DNA of 61,570 nt, the filler included, from Candidatus Tectimicrobiota bacterium (GTDB lineage: Bacteria > JACPSX01), in NCBI GenBank assembly GCA_016193065.1. It is 6 parts of 6 records of this genome, joined end to end, with 100 filler letters (N's around TTAATTAATTAA, not from the genome) between each part and the next. Parts side by side here need not be neighbours in the genome. Positions count along the whole stretch, not along the records: positions 1 to 17,287 come from JACPSX010000269.1; 5 more parts are not named here. One strand, 5' to 3'. Position 1 is the first letter of the stretch, and the number at the start of each line of letters is the position of its first letter. The notes under the pieces are model-generated. The model made no database searches. It was not told the origin of the DNA and worked only from the letters and a program-made list of their open reading frames with translations. Below, piece after piece: positions 9,381 to 17,387 of this stretch. The position numbers were made by a program, and so were the translations under genes.

Positions 9381-9803
9381 TCAAGATGTGACAATGGCAG
9401 CCAGCTCAGCGCCACAAATGCGGCAGAAATGATCCCCAGCCCCCCGCGGTGTCCCGCACTGGGCGCAGAATCGGGCTTCACCGCGGTGATTGTCGATGGC
9501 ATCCATCACCTGTTCGTCCACCAGGCCCCTCTTTTGGGTTGTCCGGTCGATTTGCTCCAGCAACGTGAGGGCCTTGAGACGATAGCGATCCTTGAGCTCT
9601 CCATAGTCTTTGGCGTCAATCTTCCCCATGCGGTGGTCAAGCTCCAGGTCCTTGAGAGCCGCGTAGACCACCTCCTTTTCAGACTCCAGGGCCTCCAATT
9701 CCTTCTTCCCTTGAGACCTCGGAGAAACCGCCGGGCGCACGAGAGGCCAGCCGACGAATGCCAGCGTCCCCAACACCAGGGTCACGATTAGTACCGTCTC
9801 CAT
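9381..9803 (-). CDS. CcmI-N-terminus-like membrane protein with zinc ribbon
   Basis: N-terminal TM, LKDLELDHRMGKIDAKDY motif, CAQC...CRIC. Confidence 0.75.
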   Translation of the reverse strand: METVLIVTLVLGTLAFVGWPLVRPAVSPRSQGKKELEALESEKEVVYAALKDLELDHRMGKIDAKDYGELKDRYRLKALTLLEQIDRTTQKRGLVDEQVMDAIDNHRGEARFCAQCGTPRGAGDHFCRICGAELAAIVTS

Positions 9804-9831
9804 TGTCCTCTCCTCAGAAATCTCTTGATCA

Positions 9832-9901
9832 CCCCCACCCTGACCCTCCCCGCACGCCCCGGGTACCCTCTGGGTGCCACCCGGGGTACCCGGGGGGAGG
9901 A
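9832..9901. repeat. REP-like palindrome with nested GGGTACCC inserts
   Basis: CCCCACCCTGACCCTCCCC-[..GGGTACCCTCTGGGTGCCACCCGGGGTACCC]-GGGGGGAGG. Confidence 0.6.
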
Positions 9902-9944
9902 ATCCGAGTTTTTCCCTCCTCCTGGGGAATGGGCAGGGGGCTTT

Positions 9945-10415
9945 TCAGTCAAAATCCTTAAGCTCGGCCTCCATGCGCCTCTGATAACGCTCCTCCAGAC
10001 GGGCGAGGTCTTCGCCGCCCAGAGCGTCAGAGGCCGCGGGCTGCCGGGAAGCCCAGCGCCGAACCACAGCGAAGATCGCTCCGCCAGCCACCAGAATCGC
10101 GGCAAATGGGGTGAGCCAGGCGGTCAGGTTGAACCCCTTCTTGGTGGGCGCTGCCAGCAGCTTCTCCCCGTAGTTGTCGATCATGTACGCGACGATCTTG
10201 GGCTTGTCCCAGCCCTGCTCAATCTTAGTGGCAATGACCTTGCGGAGCTGCTCACCGCACTCCATATCGCAGACCGGCAGGAGGTTGTTGCAGCCGCAGT
10301 TGCAGATGAAGTCCTTCCCCACATCCCGAACGGTCAAAGTCGCAGCCATGGCGGGAGAAGAGAGCAAAAGAGTCACCAGGAACCCGATCACGAACACCGG
10401 CTCAGACCAGCGCAT
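9945..10415 (-). CDS. ccmH: Cytochrome c biogenesis protein CcmH/NrfF-like
   Basis: Signal peptide, Cys cluster, YGEKLLAAP...GFNLTAWLTP motif, C-terminal TM; downstream of ccmF. Confidence 0.8.
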   Translation of the reverse strand: MRWSEPVFVIGFLVTLLLSSPAMAATLTVRDVGKDFICNCGCNNLLPVCDMECGEQLRKVIATKIEQGWDKPKIVAYMIDNYGEKLLAAPTKKGFNLTAWLTPFAAILVAGGAIFAVVRRWASRQPAASDALGGEDLARLEERYQRRMEAELKDFD

Positions 10416-12393
10416 TTTCGGGTACCTCCCTGGGAACGGCGGGAACCGACCGGAAGGTCTTACGGGGACGCTCGCTTCCCATGACCACCAGAATCCCAAA
10501 GCCCATGACGTAGGTGCCGATCCACATCCACATCATCAAGGGATTGACCAGAACCCGGAAAGATGCCCCTTGCGGGTCATAGCCCGCCAGGATCACGTAG
10601 AGATCTTCCTTCAGGTTGCTGCGGATGGCGACCATCCCGTGGGGTTGTTCGGAGCCCGGATGAAACTGCTTCTGGGGCAAAAGGGTCTGCAGGAACTTCC
10701 CTCCTTTGTAGACTGCCATCCGGGCCGCCACAATCATCGTGTCCCCCTTGGGGTACCCGACCAGGTTCTCGTACTTGAGGGTATAGGGGCCGATCTCCAG
10801 CGATTCCCCCTTCTTCACATAGCCCTCCTTCTCAACCTTGAAGGCTCCGCCGGCAACGGCCAAAACCAGGAGGAGAATCCCCAGGTGGATGATATAGCCG
10901 CCGTAGCGCCTCTTGTTGCGGGATACCAGATTGGAGAACGCCTTCACGAAGCTCTCCCCCGTCATGTGGGCCCGGGCCCGCGTCCCCCGGTAGAACTCGG
11001 TTCCGATAGTGATTCCAATGAAGAGGAGGAGCCCGAAAGTGACATTGACGAGAGGGTCTCGAACCCCCGAAACGGGAATGAGGAGAACAGCGCCCAGAAG
11101 AGCCGTCAGGAAGGGCAGGAGAAAGTTTCGCTTGAGGTTGGACCAGGAAGCCCGCCGCCAGGCAATCAGGGGGCATACCCCGGTGAGAAACAGCAGTGCG
11201 ATCCCGATGGGGATCATGACCTGGTTAAAGAAGGGGGGCCCCACAGTGACCTTCACGCCGCGAACGGCCTCGGCAATCAGCGGGTAGAAGGTCCCCCACA
11301 AGGTTGTAAACGCCACCCCCACGAGAAGGAGGTTGTTCACCAGGAAACTCGTCTCGCGGGACACGAGCCCGTCGAGCTCATTTTTGCTTCTGAGTTCCGG
11401 CAGGCGATAGAAGAGGAGCCCCAGGGAAACCAGAAGGACGACCGCCAGGAAGCCCAGGAACAAGGGGCCAAGGCCCGTCTGGGAGAAGGTGTGGACCGAG
11501 GACAGGATGCCGCTGCGGGTAAGAAACGTGCCCAGGATCGAGAGCCCGAAGGTGGCAATGATGAGGACCATGTTCCAGACCTTGAGCATATCTTTCTTTT
11601 CCTGGATCATCACCGAGTGCAGATAGGCTGTCCCCGTGAGCCAGGGCAGAAACGAGGCGTTTTCCACGGGGTCCCAGGCCCAATAGCCTCCCCAGCCCAG
11701 AACTTCATAGGCCCACCAGGCCCCGAACATGTTTCCCAGGGTCAAGAAGAACCAAGTGACCAGTGTCCAGCGCCGGGTGCTGCGGATCCACTCGTCCCCC
11801 AATCTCCCCGTGATCAATGCCGCCATGGCAAAGGCAAACGGAATTGTGAACCCCACGTAACCAATGTAGAGAGTCGGAGGGTGAAAGAACATGCCCGGGT
11901 TCTGCAGCAGAGGGTTGAGCCCATGGCCATCGGGAGGCGGCACGGGAACCGGTGTAAACGGGTTCGAAAAGAAATTGAGGACTGCTAGAAAGAAAATCGA
12001 GACGCCCATGTTGGTGGCCATCACGTAAGGCATGAGTTCCCTGTGCCGGTAGCGGTTTTGCAGGGTCACAACGGCTACAAAGATGGAGAGCATGAAGCTC
12101 CAGAACAGCAGTGAGCCGTCCTGCCCGCCGTATAGGGCCGATACCTTGTATGCGAGGCCCTGGCCCTTTCGAGAATAGTTCATCACATAGGCCAGGCTGA
12201 AGTCGTCCCGCAGGAAGGCCGCCAGCAGTGCCAGAGTGGAAACCCCGAGGAGGAAGGCAAGGGCCAGGGAGGCCTGCTCCGAGGAGCGCACCAATTCAGG
12301 CCGTTTTTTCAGATGCCCCAGCAGCGCCGCCGCCCCCGCATAGGCAGCCACAGCCAGTGACAGGAGAAGGGAAAATTCTCCAAGGGTGTTCAT
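10402..12393 (-). CDS. ccmF: Cytochrome c heme lyase CcmF/NrfE
   Basis: WWD motif WGGYWAWDPVEN, LNPLLQ, HPP, TRSG...SVHTF; GAAGGAG RBS before ATG 12393. Confidence 0.95.
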   Translation of the reverse strand: MNTLGEFSLLLSLAVAAYAGAAALLGHLKKRPELVRSSEQASLALAFLLGVSTLALLAAFLRDDFSLAYVMNYSRKGQGLAYKVSALYGGQDGSLLFWSFMLSIFVAVVTLQNRYRHRELMPYVMATNMGVSIFFLAVLNFFSNPFTPVPVPPPDGHGLNPLLQNPGMFFHPPTLYIGYVGFTIPFAFAMAALITGRLGDEWIRSTRRWTLVTWFFLTLGNMFGAWWAYEVLGWGGYWAWDPVENASFLPWLTGTAYLHSVMIQEKKDMLKVWNMVLIIATFGLSILGTFLTRSGILSSVHTFSQTGLGPLFLGFLAVVLLVSLGLLFYRLPELRSKNELDGLVSRETSFLVNNLLLVGVAFTTLWGTFYPLIAEAVRGVKVTVGPPFFNQVMIPIGIALLFLTGVCPLIAWRRASWSNLKRNFLLPFLTALLGAVLLIPVSGVRDPLVNVTFGLLLFIGITIGTEFYRGTRARAHMTGESFVKAFSNLVSRNKRRYGGYIIHLGILLLVLAVAGGAFKVEKEGYVKKGESLEIGPYTLKYENLVGYPKGDTMIVAARMAVYKGGKFLQTLLPQKQFHPGSEQPHGMVAIRSNLKEDLYVILAGYDPQGASFRVLVNPLMMWMWIGTYVMGFGILVVMGSERPRKTFRSVPAVPREVPENALV

Positions 12394-12411
12394 GAGGATC
12401 TCCTTCAAGCC

Positions 12412-12804
12412 TCAATTGCCATAGGGGTTGCGATAGCTCGGCACGCTGACCCGGAAGTGAGCAGCAGCGGGAAGCTGTTGCACTGAAGTGTGAAAGGGAA
12501 CACTCCCGCGAGGCGGAATCCCCTCGATCTGGGCTTTGCTTTCCCCGACCTTCTCGTGGGAGCTGCTGAAGAACTCCACTTGAACCTCCACATGCTCCAC
12601 CGGGTTTCTCAGGCGATTGGTGACAATCCCCGACACCCAGACTTTCCCACCTTCCTTGGAAAACCGGGTTTCGTTGACGCCGATCTCAGCGGACCGGGTA
12701 GAAGACCAGGCCAGATAGACGACGAAGACGACGGGAAGCAGAATCCAGAGAACTTTCTTGAATCTGCGATCTCCCCTCTCCTTGCCGCTGTTTTCCGTTT
12801 CCAT
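12412..12804 (-). CDS. Membrane-anchored FxLYD-like beta-sandwich protein
   Basis: Single TM, then V.G.VTN...V.VQVEFF...I.P.GSVPF pattern. Confidence 0.6.
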   Translation of the reverse strand: METENSGKERGDRRFKKVLWILLPVVFVVYLAWSSTRSAEIGVNETRFSKEGGKVWVSGIVTNRLRNPVEHVEVQVEFFSSSHEKVGESKAQIEGIPPRGSVPFHTSVQQLPAAAHFRVSVPSYRNPYGN

Positions 12805-12839
12805 GCCCTGCCCCTAAATCAAGGTCCTCACCGCTTTCT

Positions 12840-12855
12840 AGCAAACAAGATGCCA
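12840..12855 (-). promoter_or_regulatory. Sigma-54 promoter of the ccmF operon
   Basis: Minus strand TGGCAT-CTTGT-TTGCT. Confidence 0.85.
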
Positions 12856-12947
12856 TGGAAAAATTTCGGAACAGCACCGTAATCACTGATGAAAGAAGGA
12901 ACTTGCTATTCGCCCGCGACGGCAGTGGAGCCGAAAGCGACGGCTCT

Positions 12948-13001
12948 TGACAATCTGGCAAAAACAGCGCAAAGACCCGCCGCCGTCTCGACATTTTGGC
13001 A
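12948..13001. promoter_or_regulatory. Paired candidate enhancer (bEBP) sites
   Basis: TGACAATCTGGCA (12948) and CGACATTTTGGCA (12989), 41 bp apart. Confidence 0.65.
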
Positions 13002-13129
13002 AGCCAAGATTACGTCCTCGCTGTTGGAGATCCGAAGTACCGGCGCCTGATCGGCTTTGATCCGTCTCTAAGTAGAAGTTTTCTAACGTCCCTTACGAGC
13101 TTCCGGGCCCGGGCGACCGGGAGGGAGAA

Positions 13130-13145
13130 CGGCAGGAAACTTGCA
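13130..13145 (+). promoter_or_regulatory. Divergent sigma-54 promoter of the selenoprotein operon
   Basis: CGGCAG-GAAAC-TTGCA (GG-N10-GC). Confidence 0.65.
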
Positions 13146-13188
13146 TACCCGCAACCGGTGTCAGAGCTGTTTGTAATGTACCGATCCA

Positions 13189-13749
13189 ATGGGAGGACCT
13201 ACTGTGTCAGTGAAAAGCTCCAGAAGGAGATACCGCATCAATTACTGGCTGTTTTTCCCTGTTCTTGGCGCTCTGCTCCTCGCGGCCATTCCCCCGCAGG
13301 CGGAAGCCGGGCCGAAGCAACTTCCCCTTCCCACAACTCTTGGCGAGATGCGCCTGGACCACTCCCTCCAGGGACAGGAGGCCCTCAAGGATATCTTCCG
13401 CCTGCACGGCAAGACCTTTGATCTCAAGGACGGTTACGTAGGCCACTACAGCAACAAGGCTGCCAAGGCCATGGTCTGGGTGTCAGAGTCCAAGAACCAG
13501 GACCAGTCCCGGCAGCTCTTGCAAATGATGGCGGCGGAAATCCGCCGCGGGCGCGGCCCTTACAGCAATTTTCAGGAGTTTGACGTCAACGGCAAAGTCG
13601 TCTACTCCGTGGATGGCCAGGGGCAGCAACACTACTTCTACGGCTCGGGCAAGCGGAACGTCTGGCTCGCCGTGGACCCCCCAGCAGCACAGAAGGCCCT
13701 CCACGAACTTTTGATGAAAATCAAACCCTTCGAAGTAACCAAGCCATGA
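13189..13749 (+). CDS. Exported hypothetical protein
   Basis: Signal peptide ending AEA, soluble domain; ATGA-coupled to next gene; true start may be GTG 13210. Confidence 0.75.
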   Translation: MGGPTVSVKSSRRRYRINYWLFFPVLGALLLAAIPPQAEAGPKQLPLPTTLGEMRLDHSLQGQEALKDIFRLHGKTFDLKDGYVGHYSNKAAKAMVWVSESKNQDQSRQLLQMMAAEIRRGRGPYSNFQEFDVNGKVVYSVDGQGQQHYFYGSGKRNVWLAVDPPAAQKALHELLMKIKPFEVTKP

Positions 13750-14324
13750 AGCGCCGCAGCATCTTCTGGATTGTTGTTCCGCTGGTTCTTTTGTTTCTTG
13801 GTCTGCTGGGACGCAGCACGCTGATCAAGGCCAAACAGCAACAGCGCACAGCAGAAGGCTACCAGGTCTTCGCCAAGATCCTCAAGGACAGGCGTGAGGC
13901 CCCCGAGCTTTCCCTGAAGCTCCTGGGGGGAGGGCCGGCCGACCTGCGCGAGTTCCGCGGCCGGGTCGTGATGCTCAACTTCCGGACCACCTGGTGACAC
14001 AGTTGTAAACAGGAGGGTCCTTCTGTAGAAAAACTCTTTCAGGAGCACAAAGGGCACCCCGATTTTGCCCTCCTTGCCGTCGATGTGGGGGAAGCCGAGG
14101 AGATTGTGGACCGCCGCTCCCGGGAGCTGGGATGGACCTTTCCCGTGCTCCTGGACAGCCGGGGCGAAATTTCGTCCCGATACGGGATCACTGGGCACCC
14201 GGAGACCTTCCTCATCGATAAGCAAGGACGCATCGCGGCCATGGCCATTGGACCCCGCAACTGGCAGAGCCCGGAGGCCGAGCGTCTCATTACTGCTCTT
14301 GTGAAGGAGGATCAGCCCTTCTGA
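13746..14324 (+). CDS. Membrane-anchored TlpA/ResA-like thiol-disulfide oxidoreductase, selenoprotein (Sec at TGA 13995-13997)
   Basis: ORFs 13746-13997 and 14085-14324 share a frame; read-through gives VMLNFRTTW-U-HSC-KQEGP...FPVLLD...GHPETFLID. Confidence 0.88.
14009..14026 (+). promoter_or_regulatory. Bacterial SECIS-like hairpin
   Basis: ACAGGAG-GGTC-CTTCTGT, 7-bp stem starting 11 nt after the UGA with a G-first loop. Confidence 0.75.
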
Positions 14325-14509
14325 ACCGACTGGACAGCTCCCGGTCGGCCGCGATTTGCGGAACACCCGGGCTGCCGCCATATCTACCGGACGGCAAGCC
14401 CACGGCTTCCGCGGCAGATTGTCCGCTTGCTCAAAAATCTTTTGACCTTGCCCGCCTTGGGATATAATAAGAAAAATCATCCAAAACCCAGGAATTCCGG
14501 GGACAGTTC

Positions 14510-15379
14510 ATGGAGAAGCAAGACAAGGCACTGGTCGTGCCGGGGGAAGCTGAATCCTTTGATCGAGAAGACGCGCCGGTCCGTCCCAGCCGGAAGGCTG
14601 CCAGCAGAAGGAAGGCGGCGTGGGACAACAGCCTCAGGATCGGCTCTATCGTGGCGATCTTCTTTATCTGGTGGATCCTGAGCCTGATCTTCCCCCCTAC
14701 CCTGATCCCCAAGCCATGGGAAACTCTCGCGGAGGCAGGGGCCATCATCAGCACGGGGAACTTCTTTGTGGAGATAGGGAACACGTTGCGCCGGGTTCTG
14801 GTCGGCTTCGGCCTGGCCATGGCCGTCAGCATCCCCCTCGGGATCCTCATGGGAACTCTGCGTCGCATGGAGAGCTTCTTCGAGCCGCCGGTCATTCTGG
14901 GGCTCACCATGCCGGGACTCATCTGGGCCGTGCTCATGATCATGTTCTTCGGCCTGACGGAGACCAGCGCCTACGCCGCCGTGGCCATAACGATCTTTCC
15001 CATGCTGACCATCAGCATCTGGCAGGGGACAAAGTCCATTGACAAGGATCTCATCGACATGAGCAATGTCTTCCAGGCCACTCCCGTGATGAAAATCGTT
15101 GAGGTGATCCTGCCTCAGCTCATTTCCCATATCCTGGCGGCCATCCGCTACGGTCTGGGACTGGCCTGGAAAGTGGTCGTAGTGGTGGAAATGTTCGGCT
15201 TCAGCAACGGAGTGGGCTATCAGGTGGTCCGAGGCTTCAACGTCTTCTCCATGAAGACCGTGCTGGCCTGGGCCCTCACCTTCCTGATCGTCATGATCCT
15301 GATCGAGTTCGGCCTCATCGGGTGGTTCGAGCGAAGTGTGACGCGCTGGCGCCCCCGGGTCGAGGCGTGGAGGCGTTGA
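14510..15379 (+). CDS. NitT/TauT-family ABC transporter permease
   Basis: TLRRVLVGFGLA...GILMG, LAWKVVVVVEMFG motifs. Confidence 0.9.
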   Translation: MEKQDKALVVPGEAESFDREDAPVRPSRKAASRRKAAWDNSLRIGSIVAIFFIWWILSLIFPPTLIPKPWETLAEAGAIISTGNFFVEIGNTLRRVLVGFGLAMAVSIPLGILMGTLRRMESFFEPPVILGLTMPGLIWAVLMIMFFGLTETSAYAAVAITIFPMLTISIWQGTKSIDKDLIDMSNVFQATPVMKIVEVILPQLISHILAAIRYGLGLAWKVVVVVEMFGFSNGVGYQVVRGFNVFSMKTVLAWALTFLIVMILIEFGLIGWFERSVTRWRPRVEAWRR

Positions 15380-15382
15380 TCC

Positions 15383-16156
15383 ATGGCCTATATCCATGTG
15401 GATCGGGCGGTCAAGTTCTTCCCCCGGGAAGACGGCACGGAGATGCTGGTTCTGGATGGGGTTTCCTTCGATTCGAAGGCCTACGGCATTACCTGCCTGC
15501 TGGGCCCATCGGGCTGCGGCAAGTCCACCCTTTTGAACGTGATCTCGGGGCTCGAGCGTCTGGACCGGGGCCGGGTGGAGATCATCTCGAACCACCGGGA
15601 TACGGGGGCCAGACCTCCGAAGCTGGGGTACGTGTTCCAGGACCCCCGCTTGCTCAGTTGGAAGCGGGTGGAAGACAACCTGATCTTCGCCCTGAAAGGG
15701 ATGAAGGTGCCTCCCTCCGAATGGCAGGAGCGGGTTCACAAATACCTGGACCTGGTGGGCCTGCTCGAGTTCCGCAAGCAATATCCCCTCTATCTGTCCG
15801 GGGGGATGCGCCAGAGAATCGGACTCGCGCGCGGCCTAGTGGTGCAGCCGGAAGTTCTCCTTATGGACGAGCCCTACAGCAAGCTGGATCAGTTGACGGC
15901 CCGTAAGTTGCGGGAGGACACCCTGTCCATCTGCGCCCTCCTGAAGCAGACCACCCTTTTAGTGACCCACGACGTGGAGGAGGCCGCCTACATGGGAGAC
16001 CGGATCGTGGTCATGTCCGCCCGGCCCGCGCGCGTCGTGGACATATTCGATAACCCCTTTTCGGCTCTGGAGAGAAACCTGGACGACGTGCACTTTATCG
16101 AGTTCAAGAAAAAGGTGCTCCAGACGGTCCTCAATCTCGTCAAAGAGGAGGTTTGA
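15383..16156 (+). CDS. NitT/TauT-family ABC transporter ATPase
   Basis: GPSGCGKS, LSGGM, LLMDEP, THD motifs. Confidence 0.92.
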   Translation: MAYIHVDRAVKFFPREDGTEMLVLDGVSFDSKAYGITCLLGPSGCGKSTLLNVISGLERLDRGRVEIISNHRDTGARPPKLGYVFQDPRLLSWKRVEDNLIFALKGMKVPPSEWQERVHKYLDLVGLLEFRKQYPLYLSGGMRQRIGLARGLVVQPEVLLMDEPYSKLDQLTARKLREDTLSICALLKQTTLLVTHDVEEAAYMGDRIVVMSARPARVVDIFDNPFSALERNLDDVHFIEFKKKVLQTVLNLVKEEV

Positions 16157-17160
16157 TGATGAGAAGGCATTCCAGCAAGATCCTGATCATCGCCGCTGTG
16201 GTCCTGGTGTCCCTGTGGGGAATATCCGCTCCATATCCGAAAGTTGAGGCGGCCGAGCTCCCCTCCGTTGAAGTGGGCCTTCCCCAGGACGGGCTTTTCG
16301 GCCTGGGAGGCCAGTACATTCTGGACAAAGGCCTGGACCGCAAGAACGGGTTCATCATGAAACCGCGCTGGGCCGGCGTCCCGGAGATCCAGCGGCTTTT
16401 GGGCATACAGGCCATTTCCGTGGGATTGATGACGCCCGAGGCGGGGCTGCGGGCCAATCTACAGGGCACCCTGATCCGCTTGGTCCAGCCCTATCAGACC
16501 GCCCATATGTACGTCCTGGTCCGGAAGGATTCCCCCTACCAGAAGGTGGCAGACCTGAAGGGAAAATCCATCGCCTTGACTCCGGAAATCACCGGTCTCT
16601 ACAACATGTTTGACTTCATGATGAAGAAGAGGGGCATCAACATCGAAAAGGATTTTCAGTTGAAGAAGCTCGGAGCGCCGGCCATCATCGCCGTGCTGGA
16701 AAGAGGAGAGGTGGAAGCGGGCATCATCTGGGAATCCCATGTCTCCCGGCTCCTCATGACGGGAAGATACAGGACGATCATGGGATTTCGGGATGAGCTG
16801 AACTCCCTCCTGAACACGAAAGTCTTCCCCGTGATCTGGCTGTCCGGCCTCGAACCCTGGGTCAAGGCAAACCCCGCTCTGGTCTCCAAACTGCGGGCCG
16901 CCTGGACGGAGGCCTACCGGGGTGTCCAGCAGGATGAGGCCCATTTCCGGAAGTACGCGAAACAGTTCTTTGGATTGGACAAGCCCGAGGAACTCACTCT
17001 GGCCTGGCAGCGCACCCGGGAGTTCTTGCTCCCGGCAGATTTCACCTGGCCCGATGCCTCCAGCCTGAGGGCCGCCAAGAACTATCTCCGGGAGGCTACG
17101 GAGATGGGGATGTTTTCCAAGGAGGCGGCCGGCTATATCGACAGCTTTTACGCCCCTTGA
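16153..17160 (+). CDS. NMT1/THI5-like ABC substrate-binding protein
   Basis: Signal peptide, DLKGKSIA motif, operon position. Confidence 0.85.
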   Translation: MMMRRHSSKILIIAAVVLVSLWGISAPYPKVEAAELPSVEVGLPQDGLFGLGGQYILDKGLDRKNGFIMKPRWAGVPEIQRLLGIQAISVGLMTPEAGLRANLQGTLIRLVQPYQTAHMYVLVRKDSPYQKVADLKGKSIALTPEITGLYNMFDFMMKKRGINIEKDFQLKKLGAPAIIAVLERGEVEAGIIWESHVSRLLMTGRYRTIMGFRDELNSLLNTKVFPVIWLSGLEPWVKANPALVSKLRAAWTEAYRGVQQDEAHFRKYAKQFFGLDKPEELTLAWQRTREFLLPADFTWPDASSLRAAKNYLREATEMGMFSKEAAGYIDSFYAP

Positions 17161-17228
17161 TCGAGCGAAGCCTGCCTCTGGCTAGTGGAATGTCACCGAA
17201 GCTCGCTGTGTAGTAGCGTTCCGACCCC

Positions 17229-17287
17229 CAATCCCCCCTTTGCCAAATCCCCCCTCCGCCCCCCTTTTCCAAAGGGGGGACGGGGGG
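17229..17287. repeat. C/G-rich palindromic repeat at contig end
   Basis: AATCCCCC twice and CCCCCCTTTTCCAAAGGGGGG hairpin. Confidence 0.5.
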
Positions 17288-17387
17288 NNNNNNNNNNNNN
17301 NNNNNNNNNNNNNNNNNNNNNNNNNNNNNNNTTAATTAATTAANNNNNNNNNNNNNNNNNNNNNNNNNNNNNNNNNNNNNNNNNNNN
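17288..17387. other. Artificial contig spacer
   Basis: N run with TTAATTAATTAA six-frame stop linker. Confidence 0.99.

Noticed and set aside
14085-14324. Separate 79-aa gene
   Set aside because: It is the in-frame C-terminal half of the UGA read-through protein.
14442-14468. TTGACC...TATAAT promoter before the ABC operon
   Set aside because: Spacer is only 15 nt; plausible but too weak to call.
17332-17343. TTAATTAATTAA repeated five times in the window
   Set aside because: Artificial linker inside N spacers.
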